This document shows positions 9,891 through 17,430 of a stretch of 35,533 nt of DNA, piece after piece. Made by a program: the position numbers and the translations under genes. The notes under the pieces were generated by a model, which saw nothing but the letters and a program-made list of their open reading frames with translations, was not told the origin of the DNA and made no database searches. Each line of letters starts with the position of its first letter. Position 1 is the first letter of the stretch. The DNA is from Ignavibacteriaceae bacterium (lineage in GTDB: Bacteria > Bacteroidota > Ignavibacteria > Ignavibacteriales > Ignavibacteriaceae): positions 1 through 35,533 of the forward strand of contig DATFVA010000454.1 in the NCBI GenBank assembly GCA_035260565.1, in the 5' to 3' direction.

Positions 9891-11219
9891 ATGAAAAGGA
9901 TATCACTTTTTCTGGTCTTGCTCACAATTATTTTAAGCAAAGAGGGTCTGCCTCAGACTGAAGTAGATTTTACTGAATATAATCTTGATAATGGTTTACA
10001 CGTAATTTTGCACCAGGACAATTCAACTCCTATTGTTGCAGTTTCTGTAATGTATCACGTAGGTTCAAAAAATGAAAAGCCTGACAGAACAGGTTTTGCC
10101 CATTTTTTTGAGCATCTGATGTTTGAAGGTTCGCCGAACATCGGCAGAGGTGAATATATGAAGATGGTTGAAAATGCAGGGGGAGAACTTAATGCGAACA
10201 CTGACTTTGATAGAACATATTATTATGAGGTATTGCCGTCAAATCAGCTTGCACTGGGGTTGTATCTGGAATCTGAGCGAATGCTTCATTTGAAGATAGA
10301 CAGTGCAGGTGTCGAGACACAAAGAAAAGTTGTAAAGGAGGAAAGGAAACAGAGACTTGATAATCAGCCTTATGGAAAGATATGGGAGATCACTTTTAAG
10401 AATGCTTACAAGGTTTCACCCTATCGATGGATGCCTATAGGTTCTGATCAATATATTGACCAGGCCAGCATAGATGAATTCAGAAATTTTTATAATACCT
10501 ATTATGTACCCCAGAATGCTGTTTTATCGATTGCCGGGGATATTCAGATTGCCGAAGCAAAGGATCTGATCGATAAATATTTTTCGGAAATACCGAAAGG
10601 CACAAAAGATATGTTCAGACCCGAAGCTGTTCAAACCGAACAAAATTCTCAAATTATTGATACTGCCTACGATAATATCCAGCTGCCGGCAATTGTAGAA
10701 GCATACCATATCCCGGCCGTGGGCACGGAAGATTATTACCCTATACAAATGTTAACTACCCTGCTCTCTGGCGGAAGAAGTTCAAGGCTATATAAAACAC
10801 TGGTGGATAGTACCCAGAAAGCTGTTTATGTAGGAGCATTTCCTGCTGCCCTGGAGAATCCCGGCTTATTCATTTCATTGGCAATTGCAAACCAGGGAAT
10901 TGATGACGACGATCTTAAAAGTCTTATTGATACAGAGATTGATATAGTGAAGAATTCCGAGATCACCGATGAGGAAATGCAGAAACTTAAAAACCAGGTT
11001 GAAACCAATTATGTAAATCAGAATTCTACTGATGCAGGTATTGCAGAGAACCTTGCTTATTACTATACTATTTATGGAGACACTGATGCAATCAATACCG
11101 AACTGGATAAACTTATGAACGTTTCAAAAGAAGATATAAAACGCGTTGCGGATAAATATTTAAATAAAGATAATCGGGTGCTTCTTTATTATCTGCCTCT
11201 GCAGAAAGGAGGCAAATAA
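9891..11219 (+). CDS. M16 (pitrilysin-family) zinc peptidase, catalytically competent subunit, secreted
   Basis: The inverted zinc motif HFFEH (HxxEH) occurs in GFAHFFEHLMFEGS. I chose the start at MKRISLFLVLL (signal peptide), with aagga upstream; the ORF track starts at 9849. Confidence 0.9.
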   Translation: MKRISLFLVLLTIILSKEGLPQTEVDFTEYNLDNGLHVILHQDNSTPIVAVSVMYHVGSKNEKPDRTGFAHFFEHLMFEGSPNIGRGEYMKMVENAGGELNANTDFDRTYYYEVLPSNQLALGLYLESERMLHLKIDSAGVETQRKVVKEERKQRLDNQPYGKIWEITFKNAYKVSPYRWMPIGSDQYIDQASIDEFRNFYNTYYVPQNAVLSIAGDIQIAEAKDLIDKYFSEIPKGTKDMFRPEAVQTEQNSQIIDTAYDNIQLPAIVEAYHIPAVGTEDYYPIQMLTTLLSGGRSSRLYKTLVDSTQKAVYVGAFPAALENPGLFISLAIANQGIDDDDLKSLIDTEIDIVKNSEITDEEMQKLKNQVETNYVNQNSTDAGIAENLAYYYTIYGDTDAINTELDKLMNVSKEDIKRVADKYLNKDNRVLLYYLPLQKGGK

Positions 11220-11220
11220 T

Positions 11221-13272
11221 ATGAAATTTATATTATGTATTCTGACAGTTTTATTCGTCATCCCATTGAACGCACAAGTTGACAGAAGTAAACCCCCTGA
11301 ACCAGGCCCTGCCCCTGAAATTGAACTTGGAACTTATGAACATTTTGAACTTCCAAACGGTCTGAAAGTTTTCCTGGTGGAAAATCATAAGCTGCCGAGA
11401 ATCTCATTTTCTTTACAAATTGACAGGAACCCAATTCTTGAAGGTGATACAGCCGGGTATATATCTGCAGCTGGACAGCTTCTAAGAACCGGCACAAGAA
11501 GCAGAAGCAAGGAGGAATTGGATGAGACAATCGATTTTATCGGTGCAGATCTTTCAACTTCCTCAACGGGGATTTATGCAATGAGCCTGACCGAACATGC
11601 AGATACGTTATTTAAAATAATGTCAGACATAATTTTGAATTCAGAATTTAAAAAGGCAGAACTGGATAAAATTAAGACAAGAATGAAATCCGATCTTGCA
11701 AGCCAGAAAGATGATCCGGATGCAATTGCGGGAACGGTAAAAAATGTAGTAGACTTTGGTAAGGATCATCCTTACGGTGAACCCGAGACAGAACAAACGG
11801 TTGATAATATTACCCTTGAAAAATGCAACGAATACTACAAGACATTCTTCGCCCCGAATATTTCCTATCTTGCAGTTGTAGGCGACATCGATGAACAAAA
11901 AGCTAAGGAACTGGTTACAAATTACCTTGGCGGGTGGCAGCGGAAAGATGTACCTCAATATAAATATCCCGTTCCGCAGCCCCCTGTACAGACAACTGTA
12001 GACCTGGTTGACCGGCCGAATTCTGTTCAGTCTGTTGTAAATGTTACCTACCCTGTACAGTTGAAACCAGGTGATAGTGAAGCAATTCCGGCATCGCTGA
12101 TGAATACTATTCTTGGCGGAGGGACATTCCGGCTGTTTCAGGATTTAAGAGAAAAGCATTCTTTTACTTATGGCGCTAATTCAAGGTTGTCGAAAGATGA
12201 ATATGCCGGAAGCTTTACCGCTTTCACAAATGTCCGCAACGCTGTAACAGATAGTGCAATTACCCGGATCCTTTATGAAATGAACCGAATAAAAAATGAA
12301 ACTGTGGCCGATAGCGAACTCCAGGTTATTAAAAATTACGTGACAGGGAATTTTGCTATCTCTCTTGAAAGTCCGCAGACTATTGCGACTTTTGCTATAA
12401 ATATAGATAAATATAATCTTCCGCGGGATTACTACGCTAATTATCTTAAAAATGTTGCTAAGGTAACTCCCGCTGAGATCAGGGATGCTGCGGAAAAATT
12501 CATAAGACCGGATCAGTCAAATATTGTAATTGTAGGAAATGCTGACCAGATTAAACAAGGATTAACAAAATTTGGTCCCATACTTTATTATGATAAATAC
12601 GGTAAAGAAATAGATACTTCCCTTGCTTCTATACCGGGAGACTTATCAGCGATGGATGTGATAAACCATTATATAAAAGCAATTGGAGGAAGAAATAGTC
12701 TGGCAAATGTTCATGACAGAACCACAGTGATGAAAGGAACTGTACAGGGGTATGAAGTTACAACTACTATTTATCAGAAAGAGCCTGATCTTTTTAAGCA
12801 GGAGGTTGATGCAGGAGGAATGATCCAGGAGATTACATATAATGGAAAAAATGGCGAGATGCAGTCAGCAGGTCAGCAAATGAAAATAGAAGGAAATGAA
12901 CTGGAAAAACTTAAACATGAAGCTACGATTCACCTTCTTCTTGCAATTGACTCACTTGGAGTAAAGCTGAAGCTTGCGGGAATGGAAAAAGTTAACGGTA
13001 AGGATGCATATAAAATCGAAATGATGTTTCCATCAGGTACTAAATGGATCCAGTATTACGACCCGGAGACAGGATATAAAATAAAAGAGACAAAAAATAT
13101 TACTACACCGCAGGGAACATTTACACAGGAAATATATTACAATGATTACAGAACGGTGGACGGGGTTAAATATCCTTTTTCTATAAAGCAGTCTGTCGGC
13201 CCACAGTCTATGGAATTTAAGGTCGATTCAATAAAGGTTAATACCAGGATACCTGATACAAAATTTCAATAA
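11221..13272 (+). CDS. M16-family peptidase-like protein lacking HxxEH (non-catalytic partner) with a roughly 220-aa C-terminal extension
   Basis: It starts 1 nt after the stop of the upstream M16 gene and has a signal peptide (MKFILCILTVLFVIPLNAQ). The position equivalent to HxxEH reads ISAAGQ. At 683 aa it is much longer than a typical two-domain M16 protein. Confidence 0.85.
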   Translation: MKFILCILTVLFVIPLNAQVDRSKPPEPGPAPEIELGTYEHFELPNGLKVFLVENHKLPRISFSLQIDRNPILEGDTAGYISAAGQLLRTGTRSRSKEELDETIDFIGADLSTSSTGIYAMSLTEHADTLFKIMSDIILNSEFKKAELDKIKTRMKSDLASQKDDPDAIAGTVKNVVDFGKDHPYGEPETEQTVDNITLEKCNEYYKTFFAPNISYLAVVGDIDEQKAKELVTNYLGGWQRKDVPQYKYPVPQPPVQTTVDLVDRPNSVQSVVNVTYPVQLKPGDSEAIPASLMNTILGGGTFRLFQDLREKHSFTYGANSRLSKDEYAGSFTAFTNVRNAVTDSAITRILYEMNRIKNETVADSELQVIKNYVTGNFAISLESPQTIATFAINIDKYNLPRDYYANYLKNVAKVTPAEIRDAAEKFIRPDQSNIVIVGNADQIKQGLTKFGPILYYDKYGKEIDTSLASIPGDLSAMDVINHYIKAIGGRNSLANVHDRTTVMKGTVQGYEVTTTIYQKEPDLFKQEVDAGGMIQEITYNGKNGEMQSAGQQMKIEGNELEKLKHEATIHLLLAIDSLGVKLKLAGMEKVNGKDAYKIEMMFPSGTKWIQYYDPETGYKIKETKNITTPQGTFTQEIYYNDYRTVDGVKYPFSIKQSVGPQSMEFKVDSIKVNTRIPDTKFQ

Positions 13273-13281
13273 TAGAAAAAT

Positions 13282-13905
13282 ATGCAGCAGGATATTTCTA
13301 TAATTGTATTTGACCTCGGCAATGTTCTACTTCCGTTTAATTACCAGACCACAGTAACTAAACTTGAGGATGTTGAAAAAGGACTGGGATATCAATTCCT
13401 CAGATTTTACCAGGACAACTATCAATACCACAGGGAGTTTGAGAGGGGTGATATGTCAGCGGATGAGTTTGTAGGAATAATGCTCGGAGCATTAAACAAT
13501 AAAATCGATAAAAATACTTTCTGCGAATATTACTCCCATATTTTTTCCGAGAATAAAGAAGTTGTAGATTTACTTCCGAAATTAAAAAAGAGTTTCACCC
13601 TCGTGCTTCTTTCGAATACAAATATAATTCATTACGAATACGGATGGAAACAGTATGCTTTCCTGAAGCATTTTGAAAAAATTGTGGTTTCGTATGAGGC
13701 AGGCGCTGTAAAACCGGAAACAAAAATTTATAAGACTGTTGAAACATTCACTCAAAGAAAACCCGGTGAACACTTTTTCATTGACGACATTCCGGAATAT
13801 ATAACTGCCGCCAGGAAGCTTGGGTGGAATGGAGTACAATTTAAGGGATATAAAAGTCTGCTGGTTGAACTTATAAATCAGGGAATTCTCAGGTACAGGG
13901 ATTAA
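13282..13905 (+). CDS. HAD-superfamily hydrolase, YihX-like (subfamily IA)
   Basis: The N-terminal motif I variant IVFDLGNVLL resembles E. coli YihX FDLGNV. LLSNTN (motif II) and FIDD (motif IV) are also present. It starts 9 nt after the M16 partner gene. Confidence 0.8.
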   Translation: MQQDISIIVFDLGNVLLPFNYQTTVTKLEDVEKGLGYQFLRFYQDNYQYHREFERGDMSADEFVGIMLGALNNKIDKNTFCEYYSHIFSENKEVVDLLPKLKKSFTLVLLSNTNIIHYEYGWKQYAFLKHFEKIVVSYEAGAVKPETKIYKTVETFTQRKPGEHFFIDDIPEYITAARKLGWNGVQFKGYKSLLVELINQGILRYRD

Positions 13906-13911
13906 GTTTCT

Positions 13912-14856
13912 ATGATAAAAAACCGTTTGCATTTAAAGAGAGTTAAAATACTCTTTCTAATCATAGCACTTTCAATATCAATGGGTTGTGAAGAAAAAAA
14001 AGACAGACACCCTCCCATGTCAAAGGATACCATTACCGTAAAACCGGAACCTCCAGAACTAAAGGTGGTATTCATTAAAGAACGGATTAAAAACGTTCAT
14101 ATCCTGGCAGAACTCACTGATAAATTCGGTGATGCCGGTATGAGGCAAATACTGGCTGTTAACAGGCTGGATACAAGACATATTGTAAAGGGAGATAGCC
14201 TTTGCATCCCGGACACCCTGCCCAACGATTTTCTTTACTTTTCTCCTTACCCGAAGCAACTTACAATACTGGATTCCGTACCCAAAATACTTCTTTTTTC
14301 CTACCCGGTTCAGGCTTTTGCTGCTTACGAATACGGCAAGCTTGTGAGGTGGGGTCCGACGAGTATGGGCAAACGAACTACACCAACTCCTGAAGGACTT
14401 TATTTTACAAACTGGAAATCCAAAGAAACTATTAGCACAGTTAATAAAGAATGGATTCTTCCCTGGGCGTTTAACATAGACAACTTTAATGGGATTTCCA
14501 TTCATCAGTTTGAACTCCCGGGCTATCCGGCAAGTCATTCCTGCGCAAGGCTATTGCAGACAGATGCTGAATGGATATACTACTGGGCTGATCAGTGGAT
14601 ACTGACAAAAAACGGGGGCAGAATAAACGCTTATGGAACGCCGGTAATAATTTATGGTAAATATAATTATAAGTCGCCTCCTCCCTGGAAGCTTCTCTCT
14701 GAAAACCCTGATGCCGATAAATTGACTGAGAATGATTTAAATGATGTTATTCATAAACATCTTCCAATGATAGTTAAAAGAAAAAATCAGAGGGATTCTT
14801 TACTGATTTTTATGAAAACTGATTCTCTCGCCGCCGGCACATCGACGAATCGTTAA
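13912..14856 (+). CDS. L,D-transpeptidase (YkuD-fold) lipoprotein with LysM-like segment
   Basis: Features are a lipobox LSISMGC, a LysM-like segment ILAVNRLDTRHIVKGDSLCIPD, and the catalytic signature ISIHQ...GYPASHSCARL (His and Cys of the YkuD motif). It starts 6 nt after the HAD gene. Confidence 0.8.
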   Translation: MIKNRLHLKRVKILFLIIALSISMGCEEKKDRHPPMSKDTITVKPEPPELKVVFIKERIKNVHILAELTDKFGDAGMRQILAVNRLDTRHIVKGDSLCIPDTLPNDFLYFSPYPKQLTILDSVPKILLFSYPVQAFAAYEYGKLVRWGPTSMGKRTTPTPEGLYFTNWKSKETISTVNKEWILPWAFNIDNFNGISIHQFELPGYPASHSCARLLQTDAEWIYYWADQWILTKNGGRINAYGTPVIIYGKYNYKSPPPWKLLSENPDADKLTENDLNDVIHKHLPMIVKRKNQRDSLLIFMKTDSLAAGTSTNR

Positions 14857-15124
14857 CTTTTAATAGAAGCAAATTCGCAGTTTTGTTGGAAAAACCGGGT
14901 AACTTCAGCAGGAATGACAAGACTGACGCCGGAGTTCGGACAACGTAATTCCAGTACTAGGCTTCAAGACAGGGGGATCATGTTCACTTTTTTATGTCTC
15001 TCTTTTTTTTCTATATATATTTCTGCAATCTCTACCTGCAGTTTTTATTTAAGTTTCAGTTTTGTTAAATTTGCAGGAATCTTTCAGATTTGGGGAATCT
15101 ACCGTCTTAAATTCTCAATTTTCT

Positions 15125-15179
15125 TTCGGCCATCATTCGGCCATCTTTCGGCCATCATTCGGCCTCTTCCCGGCCTGCT
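15125..15179. repeat. 11-bp head-to-tail tandem array, 5 units (3 near-perfect, 2 degenerate)
   Basis: Read directly from the sequence: ttcggccatca | ttcggccatct | ttcggccatca | ttcggcctctt | cccggcctgct. There are no spacers and the array lies in non-coding DNA. Confidence 0.85.
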
Positions 15180-15258
15180 CCTCCGTTCCTTCACCGTCTG
15201 TATATTATTCATTCCCGACAGGTTAAAGTTTATTATGTCCCGAATGTTCTTCCAGAAT

Positions 15259-15288
15259 AAAACCCCGGGCGGTTAACTCCGGGGTTTT
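15259..15288. terminator. Symmetric (bidirectional) rho-independent terminator
   Basis: The structure is aaaa-ccccgg-(10-nt loop)-ccgggg-tttt, a GC stem flanked by an A-run and a T-run. It lies about 35 nt downstream of the minus-strand receiver gene stop. It is also the first strong hairpin downstream of the plus-strand M16-HAD-LDT operon. Confidence 0.7.
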
Positions 15289-15323
15289 CGGTTCTGTTTC
15301 ATTCCCCTGAGGTGAAAGAATTA

Positions 15324-15680
15324 TTATTTATCTCCCAGTACAAGATTTACAATCTCCTTTAAATCGTCTTCTCCAAAAGGCATCATTAATATTCTGAATC
15401 CATCAGCATACATATTTTTAGTATCAGTATCCGTCGACAAATATATAGTGGGAAGATTATATTCGCGGGCAAGAGTTACAGCATACTCAAGTCCTTCAGT
15501 ATTTGCAGACCTTTCGAGTATCATTAACTGAAATCCTCTATTTAGTGTTTCTCTGATTTTTTCTTTGCTGATTAAATTGATTATTTCAGCATTATATCCA
15601 TATTCATTTAATTGTTTCTTAATATCAAGTCCGATAATCCCGTTGTCAATCGCTATAAGAATATTTTTACTCTTTAACAT
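15324..15680 (-). CDS. Stand-alone receiver-like (CheY-fold) protein with degenerate phosphorylation site
   Basis: 118-aa ORF with a typical receiver layout (NILIAIDNG ... LMILERSANTEG ... IYLSTD ... ILMMPF). The acidic-pocket second Asp is Asn, the phospho-acceptor position is Glu, and the conserved Lys is Met. There is no output domain. Confidence 0.8.
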   Translation of the reverse strand: MLKSKNILIAIDNGIIGLDIKKQLNEYGYNAEIINLISKEKIRETLNRGFQLMILERSANTEGLEYAVTLAREYNLPTIYLSTDTDTKNMYADGFRILMMPFGEDDLKEIVNLVLGDK

Positions 15681-15904
15681 CTAATAAATCCTCAGAAATG
15701 ACACATAACCAAAATCAGATTTGCAATAAAAGTGCCTCGTGAATAATTTTCCTGAAAATCCATATTTCGATATTTTTCAGACACTTGAATACGCATTATT
15801 TTCGCATCCGACAGATTTGACCAATGACCCGACTCATACTAAATACCGCAATCAGGTCACATTCCATAATTTTACAAATGTTAAAGTACCATCTCATTTA
15901 TTCT

Positions 15905-15912
15905 TATATTTG
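15905..15912 (+). promoter_or_regulatory. Candidate Bacteroidota-type -7 promoter box (TAnnTTTG) for ychF
   Basis: The exact sequence TATATTTG lies 39 nt upstream of the ychF ATG. This is a motif match only. Confidence 0.35.
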
Positions 15913-15950
15913 CATTCGAAAAATGAAAAAGTAAAGGAGAAAATCAGTAG

Positions 15951-17051
15951 ATGGGTTTGAGTATTGGTATTGTGGGGTTGCCTAATGTTGGTAAATCCAC
16001 CCTGTTTAATGCATTAACTAAAGCGCAGAATGCTGAATCAGCAAATTATCCGTTCTGCACGATAGAACCCAATAAAGCTATTGTGCCTGTGCCGGATATT
16101 AGAATTGAACAGCTTGCCAGGCTGGTAAATCCAGCCAGACTTGTAAACAGCACAATAGAATTTTTTGATATAGCAGGACTTGTAAAAGGAGCCAGCAAAG
16201 GAGAAGGCTTAGGGAACCAGTTTCTGAGCAACATTAGAGAAACCGATGCAATACTGCACCTTGTTAGGTGTTTTGAAAATGATGATGTCGTTCATGTTGA
16301 TGGAAATATTAATCCAATCAGGGATATTGAAGTTATCGAAACTGAACTTCTTCTTTCAGATATACAAACTCTTGAGAGAAAGATTGAAAAACTGCAGAAG
16401 CTTGCTAAAGGAGATAAAACTGCAAAACAGATGCTTGACGATGCTGAAAGTCTATTGAAGTATATGAATGACGGGAGATCTGCATTAATGTACCCTGAAA
16501 GAGATAAAGAATCAGTCAAACAGTTATTTAATGAATCAAGACTTATGACAGCCAAACAGGTCATATACTGCGCTAATGTTGATGAGACCGAATTAGTAGA
16601 AGATAATGAATATGTTAAAGCCGTAAAGGAATATGCGGGTAAAAACGGAGCTGATGCTGTTAAAATTTCGGCCAAAGTTGAAGAGGAAATGATAGGACTA
16701 TCTGATGAAGAAAGGAATGAATTCCTGGATTCCTACGGAGTTAAGGAGAGCGGACTTGAAAAAATAATAAAGACCGGATTTCACACACTGGGTTTAATTA
16801 GCTATTTCACCGCAGGTCCAAAGGAAGTAAGGGCCTGGACGATACATACAGGATGGAAGGCCCCGCAGGCAGCGGGCGTAATCCATACGGACTTCGAGAA
16901 AGGTTTCATTCGTGCAGAAGTTATAAGTTATGATGATTATATAAAATACGGTTCAGAGGCAGCCTGTAAATCTGCAGGAGTAATGCGCATTGAAGGAAAG
17001 GAATATACAGTACAGGACGGTGATATAATGCATTTTCTTTTCAATGTATAA
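15951..17051 (+). CDS. ychF: Ribosome-binding ATPase YchF (Obg-family)
   Basis: Motifs are G1 GIVGLPNVGKSTLFNALT and FDIAGLVKGAS, followed by a coiled-coil insert and a C-terminal TGS-like region RAWTIHTGWKAPQAAGVIHTDFEKGFIRAEV. The SD aaggag is upstream. Confidence 0.95.
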   Translation: MGLSIGIVGLPNVGKSTLFNALTKAQNAESANYPFCTIEPNKAIVPVPDIRIEQLARLVNPARLVNSTIEFFDIAGLVKGASKGEGLGNQFLSNIRETDAILHLVRCFENDDVVHVDGNINPIRDIEVIETELLLSDIQTLERKIEKLQKLAKGDKTAKQMLDDAESLLKYMNDGRSALMYPERDKESVKQLFNESRLMTAKQVIYCANVDETELVEDNEYVKAVKEYAGKNGADAVKISAKVEEEMIGLSDEERNEFLDSYGVKESGLEKIIKTGFHTLGLISYFTAGPKEVRAWTIHTGWKAPQAAGVIHTDFEKGFIRAEVISYDDYIKYGSEAACKSAGVMRIEGKEYTVQDGDIMHFLFNV

Positions 17052-17130
17052 AAATATGCGGGCAGCTAACAGCTAGTTTAACTTAAATTATTAATTTAAT
17101 ACCATTCATCTAAATAAATATTATAAGAAA

Positions 17131-17430
17131 ATGGATATAGAGATTACACACGATAAAAAGAATCAGAAGTTCATGACCAGGGTGGGTGACAGCGAATGTT
17201 ATCTTAATTACAATCTTCCCCGGAAGAATGTAATCGATTTCTATTTTACCTATGTACCGGGAGAACTAAGAGGTAAGGGAATAGCTGCAAAACTTGTAGA
17301 AGAAGGTCTGCAGTATGCAGAAAGAGAGAAGCTGCAGGTTATACCTAGCTGCTCATATGTAAATATTTATATCCACCGGTATGAAAAGTATAAGAACCTG
17401 CTTGACCCGGGTCATACGAGAGGAGAGTAA
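17131..17430 (+). CDS. YjdJ-type mini-GNAT N-acetyltransferase (about 100 aa)
   Basis: 99-aa ORF with the characteristic FTYVPGELRGKGIAAKLVEEGLQYAEREKLQVIPSCSYV (RGxGIA cofactor loop and C-terminal Cys-containing strand). The family call is from memory. Confidence 0.75.
   Translation: MDIEITHDKKNQKFMTRVGDSECYLNYNLPRKNVIDFYFTYVPGELRGKGIAAKLVEEGLQYAEREKLQVIPSCSYVNIYIHRYEKYKNLLDPGHTRGE

Noticed and set aside
14059-14538. Long antisense ORFs inside well-supported genes. Examples are 14059-14538, 29996-30448, 16292-16675, 13582-13932, 11641-11958, 2406-2705 and 27069-27389.
   Set aside because: Each is fully embedded antisense to, or overlapping, a CDS with strong family motifs. They have low-complexity or Ser/Leu/Phe-rich translations, no SD and no recognisable domains. 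They are typical shadow ORFs.
14880-14960. tRNA/tmRNA/RNase P-like fragments (ggagttcggac resembling a T-arm; gaatgac...ccgg resembling the RNase P 3' region).
   Set aside because: I could not build an acceptor stem or cloverleaf. There is no tag-peptide frame and no ...CCA context. The universally conserved RNase P GAGGAAAGUCC element is absent on both strands.
15125-15179. Possible CRISPR array.
   Set aside because: The units are only 11 bp and directly abutting with no spacers. There is no leader and there are no cas genes in the window. It is a simple tandem repeat.
14914-15276. 120-aa ORF filling the non-coding island (MTRLTPEFGQ...FFQNKTPGG), superficially a hydrophobic membrane protein.
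   Set aside because: Its Phe/Ser/Leu/Ile richness is what a T/C-rich strand yields in any open frame. There is no properly spaced SD, only agga abutting the ATG. The frame reads straight through the 11-bp tandem array and into the terminator stem, with its stop in the hairpin loop. I kept it only as an alternative hypothesis in the island finding.
15739-15960. 73-aa GTG-initiated ORF upstream of ychF.
   Set aside because: It lies across the divergent promoter region, including the TAnnTTTG box, and overlaps the ychF start. It has no SD and no recognisable family.
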